Virus record (IMG/VR): IMGVR_UViG_3300044655_000391
Direction: 5' to 3' (one strand)
Origin: an uncultured virus (IMG/VR IMGVR_UViG_3300044655_000391)
Taxonomy: Duplodnaviria; Heunggongvirae; Uroviricota; Caudoviricetes
DNA length: 64,000 nucleotides
The stretch's first letter is position 1. Each line of letters begins with the position of its first letter. Below, piece by piece: positions 1 through 10,319 of the stretch. The notes under the pieces are model-generated. The model was not told the DNA's origin. It did not search any database and saw only the letters and a list, made by a program, of their open reading frames with translations. The position numbers and the translations under genes are program-made.

Positions 1-3000
1 ACATCTTTAATGGGCCCTCTTGGTGGCGCTGCACGTTTGCAAGAGCGATCACAAGCAAAAGAAGAACAACCTAAACCTCCTCCAGTATCTGAAAGAATTG
101 AGCCAGAAGTCACGCCTAGAGAACCAATTGTAGAGGTTGGTCAACCTACTATAGTTCCATCTCCAGAGATTGAAGCATACGACAAAGAAATTGCTAAAGC
201 ACAAACTGCTCCAGTAGAGACTGTAACAGAACCTACAAAAATAGACACATCACACGACACTCAAGCTATGCTTGATGAGTTAGCTGGTAAAGATATTGAA
301 TACATCCCAGAAGAAGTTACGCCTACAGAGGCTGTTAAAGAAGAGCCTACAGGTATTATTACGGAAGAAGACAAAGAGTTTACTCCAGTAGGCGGAAGGC
401 TTATTAATAAAGCAGATGTAGATAAGTTAGCTCGTGAGTCAGCTATTGCATTACAACAAAATTTAGCAACTCAAGAAGCTGAAAGTGAAGCTACACTTAA
501 ACGTGAAATTCGTGAAGAGAAGTTCAGAGAGCCTCCAACACAAACTCTATCTGCAAGATTAGTTCAAGAAGGTGGTATCGCTAAAGATCAGAAGTTAGAT
601 ATTACTAATGAGACTGGAAAGATTGAAAATTATAATCATGTATTTAGAGAATCTGGCGGTGATCTTTTAACTATGGTTAAAGATGGCAAGCTTGACGAAT
701 ACTTACCACCAGAGATTAGATCTACGGCTACTCCTCCTGATGGATTGTTTGATGCACGTCCAGGATATAACTATATCTCAGATATGATGAAGTCTGGTGA
801 GAAGGTTCGTACATACGATTACGAAATGGCCAAGCTTCAACATGAGAACATGGTCTATGAAAAGAACTTAGCTAAACAACAAATGACGCCTAATGAAGCA
901 GCGCAAGCAGCAGCTGCGGAAGAACAAGGTAAAATCTTCTTATCTCAAGGAGAATTTAAAGGCGGAAGTACGCCAGATGTTATTACTCAGTCAGTTAAAA
1001 ATGAACTTGGTAAAGAAGGTAGTAAGCTTCTTGATAACGAGAAGATTGTCATTGTTAAAGACATTAATGATTTAAAAGAAAAAAATTACCTTGGCGATAG
1101 AATTAACCAGCTAACAGATAATACTCGTGCTTTATATGATCCAGTAACTGATCGTTCATATTTTATAGCTGATCGTATGAGTCCAGCAGAAGTGCGATCT
1201 ATGGCTATGCATGAAGTAGGTACGCACTATGGTATGAAGAAAATGCTTGGCGATGCTGGATTTAAAACGGTATTAAACAATGTAAAAAAATTAAGCACCA
1301 CAGATTCCCCTGTAAGAAAATCATATAATGAAACTCTTAAGTCTTACAGCAATCTATTAGAAACTAATCCAGAAGCCTTTTATGAAGAAGTATTAGCTCA
1401 TTTAGGTGAAACTGCGCCTAATCATTCTTTATGGAAACAAATACTACAAAAAGTCAAAACGTTCCTAATTAAATACGGAGTCGTTAAAGACATATCTGCA
1501 TCTGAATTACAAGATTTAGTAATGACATCATTAAAACGTGCATCTTATGAAAAAGCTAAACCTTTGAAGGCAGCTTCTGAAACAAAGATAATGTCTTCAG
1601 AAAAAGAGCAAATTAAAAAAATAGCTGGATGGACAGATGATCGACTAGATCGCTTAATGGATGGCGGTACTTACCCGCAAAATGAAAAGTTTGCTAAAGA
1701 ATATGCAGTTATGATGACTCCTGATGAGTTTTTAGGGTTAACCACTAACGAAAGCATAATGGAAACTTTAGAAAAAGAAGCAAGTGAAATGGGGCCTCTT
1801 GATATTAACACTATGCGTGAATATAATTTGCCTATGTTTTTAGACTTAAAGGGCCCTCGTACCATTGAAATAGAAGGTAAACGAGCATCTAAGGTTGATG
1901 AGTCTGATGTTGGTATAGAAGTAAGAAATCATGAAGGAAGACACAGAGCTATATTAATGAAACGAGCTGGCGTTGAAAGATTTCCAGTTGTATTAAATCC
2001 CAAAGGTGGCGGACAAGTAGAAAGAGACACAATAAGAGTATTAAAACTTTTTCCTCAATTTACAGAAGGACGTGCTGTTGTTGTGAAGAACGCTATACCA
2101 CTAAACAGACTTTATGAAAATGAATTAAAGGGTATGCTTGATGAATCAACGATTAAATATTCACAACGCCCACCTAGAAACATAAGAGGCCAAGAAGTAT
2201 TACCCCAATGGCATGGACCTGAAGAATCTAAACTTGATACATGGTTATATAGACTTCAAAACAAACAGATTGACACTAAACGTGTTCAAGAACTGATTGG
2301 TGACATAGAAGAAGATTGGAATGTTTACGAGAAAGAACAGCTCTATCATGGTAGAACTGCTGCGGGCATTCGTAATTTCTTACTTAAAGAGCTCTTGCCA
2401 ATCATCAAAGAGATTGAACGTTTAAAAATTAGCCCTGAAGATGTTCGTACTTACTTGCATAATCGTCATGCAGAAGAACGTAACATTCAAATGAATAAAA
2501 TTAATCCTGACATCTACGATGAAAGAACAGGAAGAACAATACCTAATCCACTTAAAGATAAAGGATCTGGTATCTCTACGCCTGACGCAAGAGCTTACTT
2601 GGCGGGTTTAGATCCAGCCAGAAAACAAGTGCTTGAACAGATTGCTACTAAGTTTGATCAAATGGTCAAGGGCACACAACAAATCTTAATTAATTCTGGT
2701 GCTGAGTCAGCTGATACAATTGCTAAATGGAACTCTACCTATGAACACTACGTTCCTCTCTTCCGTGTTGAAGATGAGATGGCTAGACCTACGGGCATGG
2801 GTGGCACAGGTCAGGGCTTTGGTGTACGTGGTGCATTCAGTAAACGTGCTCTTGGATCAGAAAAAGATGTTCAAGATATATTAAGCAACATCATTGCCCA
2901 ACGTGAACGTGCTTTAATCCGTGCTGAAAAAATTAGAGTAGGTCGTGCACTCTATGGTCTAGCTATACAAAATCCTAATTCAGACTTCTGGCTAGCTATT

Positions 3001-4971
3001 AATCCTGATGCTATCAGAAATAAGAAACAAGCTATTGCTGAACTAAGACGCATGGGCGTGCCTGATGCTGAGCAGATGATTGATAACTTAATGGCTGAGC
3101 CTAAAGAGCGTTATCTTAAAAAGACAAGAGCTGCTGAAGAAGGTTTTGAACCTGATGAAGATTTTGATTTTGACTCTGGATTGCCTGTTAACGAAAGCAA
3201 AGAAGTTGTAGCATCTAAAGTTAACGTCATGGCACGTTACAAAGACTTTGTATTCCCTGTACGCATTAATGGCAAGGATAGATATATATTCTTTAATAAG
3301 AATGATCCAAGAGCATTACGTATGGTTCAAGCATTAAAGAACTTAGATGTTGAACAATTAGGCTACCTTGAAAATATCTTTGGTATATTTACTCGCTGGT
3401 TTAAGAGCGTTAATACGCAATACAATCCAGTCTTTGGACTAGTCAACTTTGTCCGTGACTTTGGTGGCACATTACTTAATCTTACAAACACAGAAATTAA
3501 AGGCAAGCAAGCTCAGGTTATTGCAGGTGCATACAAGGCTATGGGCGGTATCCTAAACGTACATCGTGCTGAACGTAAGGGCAAACCATTACCTACTGGA
3601 CCATGGGCTAAACTATATCAAGAAGCTCGTGATGAAGGTTTCCAAACAGGATATCGTGATTCGTTGATTCGCAATCAAGAAGAGATGCAGATTGTTGAGC
3701 ATACGATTTCACAATTTAAAGATGGCAATACTAAAAAAGCTTTCTATGCAGTATTAGGTGGTCTTACAGATTATAACGATATGATGGAAAATGCATTCCG
3801 CTTATCTGCATATAAGGTTGCTCGTGATCAAGGCTTATCTAAACAAAAAGCAGCGATTATTGCTAAAAATCTTACAGTTAACTTTGATAGAAAAGGTGCT
3901 TGGACAAAATCAGTTAATGTTCTCTATGCGTTCTTTAATGCATCTGTTCAAGGTACTGAGCGTATTTACCAGACACTTAAAGGCCCTAAAGGCAAGATGA
4001 TTATTGGTGGTGGTATCTTAGCTGGCATGGTTCAAGCTGTCATGCTGGCCGCTGCTGGATATGGTGATGATGATCCTCCAGAGTTTGTACGAGAAAGAAA
4101 CTTTATTATTCCATTGGTTGATGGTACATATCTAACAGTGCCTTATCCATTGGGTTATAACATATTACCTAACTCTGGCCGTATTGTTATGGACTTTATG
4201 ATTCATGGTGGTCGCAATCCAGGCAAGCATATGACTTCACTTATGTCATCTATTATGAATTCATTTAACCCGTTAGGTAGCTCTGGATTTGCAATACAAA
4301 CACTTATGCCTACTGCTATTGACCCAATAGTTGCGTTAGCAGAAAACAAAGATTCATTTGGCCGTCCAATCTATAGACCTGACCGTGCTACAGCACCTAC
4401 ACCAGGCTATACAAGATCAAGAGATACTGCATCTACGCTAGGTAAGGGTATTGCTGAATTCTTAAACTGGGCATCAGGTGGCACTAAATATCAAAAAGGT
4501 TCAATCAGCCCTACAGGCGATGAAGTAGACTTCCTTGCTGGCCAGGTCGGTGGTGGTTTATATCGTGAAGTTACTAAGGCAGGAAAAGCTGTTAGCGCTG
4601 CAATTACAGGTGAAGAGATTCCGTCTTATCAAAGGCCAGTGGTAGGTCGCTTTTTAGGCTCTACAGGATCACCTGCTGCCGTATCTCAAACATTCTATAA
4701 CAATGTAACCCGTATGACTGATCATGAAAATGAGATTAAAGGTCGTATGAAGAACAGAGAAGACGTAGAAGGCTACTTAAATGACAATCCAGAGGCTAGA
4801 TTATGGAAAAGAGCTAATACGATTGAGAATAAGATTAATGAATTGAACAAAAGAAAACGTATGTTTATTGAGCGTGGCTTCCCTAAAGAGCGTATCCAAG
4901 CTGTTGACGCACAGAAGACTATGCTCATGCAAAGATTTAATGATCAGGTGAGTAAATTAACTCCTGAATAA
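1..4971 (+). CDS. Large polyvalent / internal virion (ejection) protein with HExxH metallopeptidase-like region and C-terminal LPD38-like domain; 5'-truncated
   Basis: Frame open from base 1; HEVGTH motif, ParB-like NHEGRHRA, C-terminal VNFDRKG...LYAFFNASVQG typical of LPD38 proteins; would follow the ejection genes at the window's right end if circular. Confidence 0.7.
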   Translation, partial: TSLMGPLGGAARLQERSQAKEEQPKPPPVSERIEPEVTPREPIVEVGQPTIVPSPEIEAYDKEIAKAQTAPVETVTEPTKIDTSHDTQAMLDELAGKDIEYIPEEVTPTEAVKEEPTGIITEEDKEFTPVGGRLINKADVDKLARESAIALQQNLATQEAESEATLKREIREEKFREPPTQTLSARLVQEGGIAKDQKLDITNETGKIENYNHVFRESGGDLLTMVKDGKLDEYLPPEIRSTATPPDGLFDARPGYNYISDMMKSGEKVRTYDYEMAKLQHENMVYEKNLAKQQMTPNEAAQAAAAEEQGKIFLSQGEFKGGSTPDVITQSVKNELGKEGSKLLDNEKIVIVKDINDLKEKNYLGDRINQLTDNTRALYDPVTDRSYFIADRMSPAEVRSMAMHEVGTHYGMKKMLGDAGFKTVLNNVKKLSTTDSPVRKSYNETLKSYSNLLETNPEAFYEEVLAHLGETAPNHSLWKQILQKVKTFLIKYGVVKDISASELQDLVMTSLKRASYEKAKPLKAASETKIMSSEKEQIKKIAGWTDDRLDRLMDGGTYPQNEKFAKEYAVMMTPDEFLGLTTNESIMETLEKEASEMGPLDINTMREYNLPMFLDLKGPRTIEIEGKRASKVDESDVGIEVRNHEGRHRAILMKRAGVERFPVVLNPKGGGQVERDTIRVLKLFPQFTEGRAVVVKNAIPLNRLYENELKGMLDESTIKYSQRPPRNIRGQEVLPQWHGPEESKLDTWLYRLQNKQIDTKRVQELIGDIEEDWNVYEKEQLYHGRTAAGIRNFLLKELLPIIKEIERLKISPEDVRTYLHNRHAEERNIQMNKINPDIYDERTGRTIPNPLKDKGSGISTPDARAYLAGLDPARKQVLEQIATKFDQMVKGTQQILINSGAESADTIAKWNSTYEHYVPLFRVEDEMARPTGMGGTGQGFGVRGAFSKRALGSEKDVQDILSNIIAQRERALIRAEKIRVGRALYGLAIQNPNSDFWLAINPDAIRNKKQAIAELRRMGVPDAEQMIDNLMAEPKERYLKKTRAAEEGFEPDEDFDFDSGLPVNESKEVVASKVNVMARYKDFVFPVRINGKDRYIFFNKNDPRALRMVQALKNLDVEQLGYLENIFGIFTRWFKSVNTQYNPVFGLVNFVRDFGGTLLNLTNTEIKGKQAQVIAGAYKAMGGILNVHRAERKGKPLPTGPWAKLYQEARDEGFQTGYRDSLIRNQEEMQIVEHTISQFKDGNTKKAFYAVLGGLTDYNDMMENAFRLSAYKVARDQGLSKQKAAIIAKNLTVNFDRKGAWTKSVNVLYAFFNASVQGTERIYQTLKGPKGKMIIGGGILAGMVQAVMLAAAGYGDDDPPEFVRERNFIIPLVDGTYLTVPYPLGYNILPNSGRIVMDFMIHGGRNPGKHMTSLMSSIMNSFNPLGSSGFAIQTLMPTAIDPIVALAENKDSFGRPIYRPDRATAPTPGYTRSRDTASTLGKGIAEFLNWASGGTKYQKGSISPTGDEVDFLAGQVGGGLYREVTKAGKAVSAAITGEEIPSYQRPVVGRFLGSTGSPAAVSQTFYNNVTRMTDHENEIKGRMKNREDVEGYLNDNPEARLWKRANTIENKINELNKRKRMFIERGFPKERIQAVDAQKTMLMQRFNDQVSKLTPE

Positions 4972-5305
4972 CAACTTCGCAATACCCTTCCTTAGCTACT
5001 TCCATTCGAGTGACGCATAACTTATCTATTTGAGAATCATTCTCATATACATTGGCATGTTCTAAGGCATCCAACAAAGGCTTTAAAATGTTATCTACAT
5101 CACGTTTTCTCTTGTCGGGAGGGTACAGGTATACCTCCATGTGCAATCGTTCGTTTAAGGCCCCTTGGCGTGCGTTTAAAGAGCATAAAAACACAGCTTC
5201 TCTGAACTCTTTTCCCTTCTTTCCTAAAAACTTCCTAGATCCAAGTTGTCCCCAGTAATGATTTACGGTAGGAGGGTAGGGTAATTTTAGTTTTATTGTT
5301 TTCAT
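4937..5305 (-). CDS. rusA: RusA-like Holliday junction resolvase
   Basis: LPYPPTVNHYW, RKRDVDNILKPLLDAL and NDSQI motifs; start taken at MKTIKLKLP (5305). Confidence 0.9.
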   Translation of the reverse strand: MKTIKLKLPYPPTVNHYWGQLGSRKFLGKKGKEFREAVFLCSLNARQGALNERLHMEVYLYPPDKRKRDVDNILKPLLDALEHANVYENDSQIDKLCVTRMEVAKEGYCEVVIQELIYSPDH

Positions 5306-5346
5306 AAGCGTTATTATAGCAGATGAATTAATATAGGTACAACCTA

Positions 5347-5375
5347 TTGACATGTATTTTATTATGTGCCAACAT
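5347..5375 (+). promoter_or_regulatory. Candidate sigma70 promoter of the recombination operon
   Basis: TTGACA-17 bp-CAACAT upstream of AAGGGGG RBS and ATG 5406; the -10 is weak. Confidence 0.4.
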
Positions 5376-5405
5376 TACATCTCATTTTACTTTAAGGGGG
5401 ATATC

Positions 5406-5690
5406 ATGAAAAGGTTTATATCAATCACAGAGCACCTAATGACAGATCAAAAATACAATGATCTTATTAAGGATGGCTTTGAACCAACAGAATTTATTAC
5501 ATCTATCACAGCTGACCATGCTAGAGATCGTGGCTTAGAAACTAAAGTCAGATGTTTAGAAGTGGATTACGATATATTAAATGATGTATGTAAGGCAGTA
5601 GATGTTATTGCTACAGACAAAGCATTTGATGAATTAGAAGAAGCTATGCTAAATACTAACATGTGCCCCAGTGGAAATTGTGAAGCATGA
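5406..5690 (+). CDS. Hypothetical protein
   Basis: RBS AAGGGGG; stop overlaps next start. Confidence 0.7.
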   Translation: MKRFISITEHLMTDQKYNDLIKDGFEPTEFITSITADHARDRGLETKVRCLEVDYDILNDVCKAVDVIATDKAFDELEEAMLNTNMCPSGNCEA

Positions 5691-6562
5691 AAATAACCAA
5701 TCAATTTAACTTACCTAAGCCATTTGAGAATATAGCTAAGAATCCTAGCTACTCAAAAGGTAAGGCTCATATATCAGCTACAAGTTTACTTAATAGCCCT
5801 AAGATTGTAACGCTATTAAAGAAGTATGATGATGAGTTAGAACAGGATGTGTCAGATATGATTTGGTCTATCTTTGGGTCAGCAGTTCATAACGTGCTTG
5901 AAAAAGGTGCAGACGAACATAACTTGGTTGAACAACGTTTCTTTGCTGAGGTGGATGGTTGGCATGTATCAGGTGCAATTGATCTTCAAGTTGTAGATGC
6001 TGATGGTATTCATATTAAAGACTATAAGACAACTTCTGTTTGGGCGGTAATGAATGATAAGCCTGAATGGGAACAACAACTTAACATCTATGCATGGTTA
6101 GTTCAAAAGAATAAACAAGTGCCTATTAAGTCATTACAGATTGTTGGTATCTTGAAAGATTGGTCAAAGCGTGAAGCTGAACGCAAGCCTGAGTATCCAC
6201 AACGTAATGTAGCTATTGTCAACATTCCACTATGGACGTTTGAAGAGCAAGAAGCTTTTATTAAAGGCCGTATTGCTAAACATAGTGCCGCTGAGTTTGC
6301 TTTAGAGACCGAAGCTGAATTACCTGAATGCACACCTCAAGAGATGTGGGAAAAGCCACCTGTATGGGCAGTGATTAAAGTAGGTAATACAAGAGCCAAG
6401 TCACTTCATGAAACAGCAGAGTTAGCTGATGCAGCATTAAACGAATTAGGTAAGGGTTATGAGATACAAGTTAGAAAAGGTGACAGAACAAGGTGTAAAG
6501 ATTATTGTTTAGTTAATAGATGGTGTAAGCAATATAAAGAATATACGGAGGCTCAAACATGA
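5687..6562 (+). CDS. PD-(D/E)XK exonuclease (Cas4/RecB-like phage recombination nuclease)
   Basis: GSAVHNVLE, SGAIDL, IKDYKTT, QLNIY, C-terminal Cys cluster. Confidence 0.85.
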   Translation: MKITNQFNLPKPFENIAKNPSYSKGKAHISATSLLNSPKIVTLLKKYDDELEQDVSDMIWSIFGSAVHNVLEKGADEHNLVEQRFFAEVDGWHVSGAIDLQVVDADGIHIKDYKTTSVWAVMNDKPEWEQQLNIYAWLVQKNKQVPIKSLQIVGILKDWSKREAERKPEYPQRNVAIVNIPLWTFEEQEAFIKGRIAKHSAAEFALETEAELPECTPQEMWEKPPVWAVIKVGNTRAKSLHETAELADAALNELGKGYEIQVRKGDRTRCKDYCLVNRWCKQYKEYTEAQT

Positions 6563-6801
6563 GCAAACAACAGTCAGATGGATCTACAGCAAGTTATTAC
6601 GAATTGCCTGAGGGTGCAACAGAATTGCAAGAACTAATAAGTGCTAAGAATATGAATGCACAGATTGGTGAAATATTTAGAGCTTGTTATAGATATGGTG
6701 AAGTGGCTCATAGCCCAGAGATTAGAGATATAAAGAAGATTTTATTCTATGCGAAAGCTGAATTAGAAAGATTAAACAACCTAGAGAAAGGCAGTATATG
6801 A
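6559..6801 (+). CDS. DUF3310-like small phage protein
   Basis: SYYELP...GEIFRACYRYG...DIKKILFY pattern. Confidence 0.55.
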   Translation: MSKQQSDGSTASYYELPEGATELQELISAKNMNAQIGEIFRACYRYGEVAHSPEIRDIKKILFYAKAELERLNNLEKGSI

Positions 6802-7481
6802 GTGTATATAAAAAACTACAGGAGGCACGGATTGATCTTCAATCTAGGCCTTTAAAGAAGTCTGGCAAGAATAAATTTGCTGGATTTGAATACTTTGAAT
6901 TAGGTGATTTCTTACCTACCATTCAAACTATATTCACAGAAAAAGGATTGTGTGGAACTATTACTTTCTACACTGACATTGCTATTTTAACTATTGTAGA
7001 TGTTGATAAACCAGAAGATAAGATTGAATTCAAGTCTCCAATGTCTACAGCTGAATTAAAAGGCTGTCATGCAATTCAAAATTTAGGGGCAGTGCAGACC
7101 TATTTAAGACGCTATCTTTGGGTGGCGGCTATGGAGATAGTTGAACACGACTCTCTTGATGCTATCACTGGTAAAGATGAACCAAAAAAAGCTAAGTCTA
7201 CAGTAACAAGTCCAATTTCTGTAGATAAAAAAGAAACATGGCAAAATGATCTGATTATTTGTAAGGAGGATCCAAACGATCCTACTGTGTGGAGAAACGA
7301 TCTTATATCTGGAACGGAAGCAAAGTTTGAATTCTGTGGAAGTGTAGCAACGCTTATGAACACTTTCAAAGTAAACAAAGTTTCTTATGAAAGATTAAAG
7401 GATGAGTCTCCAGATGAATTCAAAGCCCTTATGAATAAGTTTACAGAAGTAAAAACAAAACTAGAAAAGGAAGCAGTATGA
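6798..7481 (+). CDS. ERF-family single-strand annealing protein
   Basis: KSGKNKFAGFEYFEL and IQNLGAVQTYLRRY motifs; next to exonuclease. Confidence 0.85.
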   Translation: MSVYKKLQEARIDLQSRPLKKSGKNKFAGFEYFELGDFLPTIQTIFTEKGLCGTITFYTDIAILTIVDVDKPEDKIEFKSPMSTAELKGCHAIQNLGAVQTYLRRYLWVAAMEIVEHDSLDAITGKDEPKKAKSTVTSPISVDKKETWQNDLIICKEDPNDPTVWRNDLISGTEAKFEFCGSVATLMNTFKVNKVSYERLKDESPDEFKALMNKFTEVKTKLEKEAV

Positions 7482-7642
7482 ATATCAAACTTGAACTAAC
7501 TCAAGAAGAAACAGGATTCTTAATGGGAGTTTTAGCAGAACTACCTACTAAGACAGGCGCATGGACTTTGATTCAAAAAATTAAAGAACAAGCAGAACCA
7601 CAAGTACCACAAACAACTAAAGAGGAGACCTTAAATGGCTGA
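7478..7642 (+). CDS. Small hypothetical protein (MNIKLELTQEETG...)
   Basis: 54-aa ORF read manually; ATGA overlap with ERF stop. Confidence 0.65.
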   Translation: MNIKLELTQEETGFLMGVLAELPTKTGAWTLIQKIKEQAEPQVPQTTKEETLNG

Positions 7643-7904
7643 GCAAAGAGCAAATAGCGGTTCGCTAGGAAAGAACAGATACAAAGACAATGAAAAGAAA
7701 CCTGATCTTACAGGCAACATTCATGTAGATCGCAATCTATTAATTGACTTACTTACTAAACATAAAGATAAGCCTCTTATTCAGTTAAGACTATCTGCAT
7801 GGAATAAGCAAAACAATGATACAGGCGAAGGTTTCTTAGGTATAGCAGTATCAGAACCTACACCTCCTAAAACAGAAGCTGGCAAGAATCCTTGGGAGGC
7901 TTAA
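7635..7904 (+). CDS. Putative ssDNA-binding protein (DUF736-like)
   Basis: NSGSLGKN...KPDLTGNI...LSAW and C-terminal PW; context next to ERF. Confidence 0.6.
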   Translation: MAEQRANSGSLGKNRYKDNEKKPDLTGNIHVDRNLLIDLLTKHKDKPLIQLRLSAWNKQNNDTGEGFLGIAVSEPTPPKTEAGKNPWEA

Positions 7905-8326
7905 TGGAAACCATTCAGTTTGAAGGTGTTAAGGTCGCACTTAAACAAGATAAAACTGGATATGTTCTAACGCTTTCTATGCATCCTGACGATATCCCTG
8001 AGAGTTTACTTAGGGATTTTGTCGGTGCTAGATACCAAGTGGTTATGGTTAGATTAGATAATCATGAGGCTCCAATTGATCGTCAAGACGAGTTCTCTGC
8101 TGATCGAGCTATAAGAATATCTGGTATGTTGTGTCGTGATCCAAAGTTCTGGGAATATCTATACTCCAAGAGTGAGATATCTACCAAAGACTATGAGACC
8201 GTTACACAATGGCTAAGGTTTTATCTGGATTTAGAATCAAGATCTCAACTTAAAACTAACATTGAAGCTCAAAATAAACTTGACGCTTTATATAGGGAAT
8301 ATACTGCATGGAAACCAATAAGCTAA
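7904..8326 (+). CDS. Phage hypothetical protein
   Basis: GGAGG RBS, TAATG coupling. Confidence 0.7.
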   Translation: METIQFEGVKVALKQDKTGYVLTLSMHPDDIPESLLRDFVGARYQVVMVRLDNHEAPIDRQDEFSADRAIRISGMLCRDPKFWEYLYSKSEISTKDYETVTQWLRFYLDLESRSQLKTNIEAQNKLDALYREYTAWKPIS

Positions 8327-8592
8327 TACCGTATTCAGTCTATTTGCCTAGTGACTTACATAAGAAGTTAAAGTTATTAGCACGTGATCGTAAGGCATCT
8401 GAGCTTATACGTAATGCAATTCAAATGATTATTGATGGCAATACTGCATACAATAGCGGTTATAACAAAGCGCTTAAAGATACAGTCAAAGTTATCAATA
8501 CTAATGAAAGCGCTATTACTATATCTGTTCATGGCATATTGATTGCTGATAATTTAATCTCTGACATTAAAACATTGGAGATAAGCAAATGA
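8308..8592 (+). CDS. Ribbon-helix-helix DNA-binding protein
   Basis: YSVYLPSDLHKKLK...SELIRNAI pattern. Confidence 0.6.
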   Translation: METNKLIPYSVYLPSDLHKKLKLLARDRKASELIRNAIQMIIDGNTAYNSGYNKALKDTVKVINTNESAITISVHGILIADNLISDIKTLEISK

Positions 8593-8771
8593 CAGATAAC
8601 GAAAAAGAATATATGGAATCACTGTATGCTGGACTTGCCATGATGGGTTATCTCATTCGTGGCACTCCCATACATAAGATACCTGAAGATGCTAAAGCTA
8701 TGGCTAAGGCTATGATGGAAGATGAGAAAGTAATTGGCCTTCCAGCAATCAAAAGAAGAACTAGGAAATGA
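8589..8771 (+). CDS. Hypothetical protein
   Basis: Coupled ORF in operon, GGAG RBS. Confidence 0.6.
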   Translation: MTDNEKEYMESLYAGLAMMGYLIRGTPIHKIPEDAKAMAKAMMEDEKVIGLPAIKRRTRK

Positions 8772-8912
8772 GTGGTCAAAGATACTGCTCATCATGCCTT
8801 TCATTTAGATTGGCCGAAACAGGCAAGATGGTTCAAACAGCAACTAAAAATATCAAACGATTTAAATGTGCTTTATGTTTAAGCAGAATGGTCAAACCAA
8901 ATAAGGAGTTAC

Positions 8913-9116
8913 ATGTTCCAAGAACTCATAAAAATAGCTGAAGAAGTATATACATTAGACAAACAACTTGGCATCCGCATGGGAAAGTGTTTAGAGTCTT
9001 TAGGTAAAAAGATTGCAGAGCATAACAAAGAAACAAAGGCCACTAATGTTAAGATTGGTAAACTAGAAGGCAAGATTAAAGCCTTAGAAAGCGCTATGCG
9101 TAGGAGAATGCACTAA
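8913..9116 (+). CDS. Small coiled-coil hypothetical protein
   Basis: AAGGAG RBS. Confidence 0.65.
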   Translation: MFQELIKIAEEVYTLDKQLGIRMGKCLESLGKKIAEHNKETKATNVKIGKLEGKIKALESAMRRRMH

Positions 9117-9304
9117 TGGAAAACTATAAGCAATGGATGGAACAGAAGCTTACATCAGAAGATATGGACAAGCTACCTAAGGTAGTTAAACCTTTATCAG
9201 AAGAAATGATTACTATTATCTGGGAGTCTGAAAAATTTGATGGTAAAAAAGTTAACTTTACTGCGTTTGCTAGAGCTATAGAAAGAGCGCATGGCATTGT
9301 ATAG
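9116..9304 (+). CDS. Hypothetical protein
   Basis: TAATG coupling; C-terminal FARAIERAHGI. Confidence 0.65.
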   Translation: MENYKQWMEQKLTSEDMDKLPKVVKPLSEEMITIIWESEKFDGKKVNFTAFARAIERAHGIV

Positions 9305-9584
9305 GAATAAAAAGTTATTAGAAGTAGTAAGAGAATCTCCCTGCCAGGTGTGTGGGATTGAAGACGGAACAGTTGTTGCTGCTCATTCAAATCAAATGAG
9401 GGATGGTAAATCTACCTCCATGAAATCAAATGATTACAGAATTGCCGCAATGTGTTATAAATGTCATTCTAATCTTGATCAAGGAAGCAAGTTGACAAGA
9501 GAAGAACGGGTAGATATGTGGGAAGATGCCCATCGTAAGACTATAGGCTGGTTATTTGAAAAAGAACACTTGGAGGTTAAATGA
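9291..9584 (+). CDS. DUF1364/YbcO-like Zn-binding HNH-fold protein
   Basis: CQVCG...VVAAHSN...CYKCHSNLD. Confidence 0.75.
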   Translation: MALYRNKKLLEVVRESPCQVCGIEDGTVVAAHSNQMRDGKSTSMKSNDYRIAAMCYKCHSNLDQGSKLTREERVDMWEDAHRKTIGWLFEKEHLEVK

Positions 9585-9715
9585 AAACACAATTTGGTTT
9601 ATTAGTAGGATTTTTAGGGATATGTATGATTCCTTTTGCAATAGTATTTGTAGCCTTCAGAGCCTCTTGTAACTTTGTAAGCAGAATAGCTATGGAAGGA
9701 TTGCATGATGATTAA
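9581..9715 (+). CDS. Small membrane protein
   Basis: 44 aa with one hydrophobic segment; GGAGG RBS. Confidence 0.5.
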   Translation: MKTQFGLLVGFLGICMIPFAIVFVAFRASCNFVSRIAMEGLHDD

Positions 9716-9953
9716 CTCTGGCAAACAACCATACGCATGGATCTACGAAGAGTTTGATCACAACAACAAACTTGTCAATAGTTTTATCTCTCCATTCAAG
9801 CCATCTGAAATATCATTTAAGAATGAGCTGAAATCAAAACTCCATAATATTACCTTAACACCTTTGTATAGGTGCGATGATAAAGCTGAAAAGTTTACCG
9901 CAGTAAAGAAGTACGATAGCAAATTATTAGCAGAAGCTAACTCAGGACTCTAA
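9705..9953 (+). CDS. Hypothetical protein
   Basis: ORF in operon. Confidence 0.6.
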   Translation: MMINSGKQPYAWIYEEFDHNNKLVNSFISPFKPSEISFKNELKSKLHNITLTPLYRCDDKAEKFTAVKKYDSKLLAEANSGL

Positions 9954-9954
9954 C

Positions 9955-10302
9955 ATGACTACAAGGCTCATCAACGATTATACAATTAAAGTAACGTATG
10001 ATATGTTGAGAAAGATGCCTCCCTTCAACGACTGGAATCTTCCAGCTCCACACAAAATAATATTTGAAAGTAATACAGATCCCACAATCTGCGGTGAGTT
10101 TGACGTAGAGCCTATGGTTATGAGAATAAGCACGCATCACCAAGAAACTTATATCAACATGATGAGAACTGTTGCGCATGAAATGGTTCATTTAAAGCTT
10201 TACTTAGAGGGAAAAACGCACTATGATAAGCACGATAAGACATTTAGGAAATTGATGTTTCAATTCAACGACCTATATGGATTTGATAGGAAAGAATTAT
10301 AA
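9955..10302 (+). CDS. SprT-like zinc metalloprotease
   Basis: TVAHEMVH followed by HDKTF. Confidence 0.75.
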   Translation: MTTRLINDYTIKVTYDMLRKMPPFNDWNLPAPHKIIFESNTDPTICGEFDVEPMVMRISTHHQETYINMMRTVAHEMVHLKLYLEGKTHYDKHDKTFRKLMFQFNDLYGFDRKEL

Positions 10303-10319
10303 ACTTACGGGGGAACACC

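Noticed and set aside
5687..6562. Cas4-like nuclease as a sign of CRISPR-Cas
   Set aside because: No array or other cas genes; the ERF/SSB context indicates a recombination exonuclease
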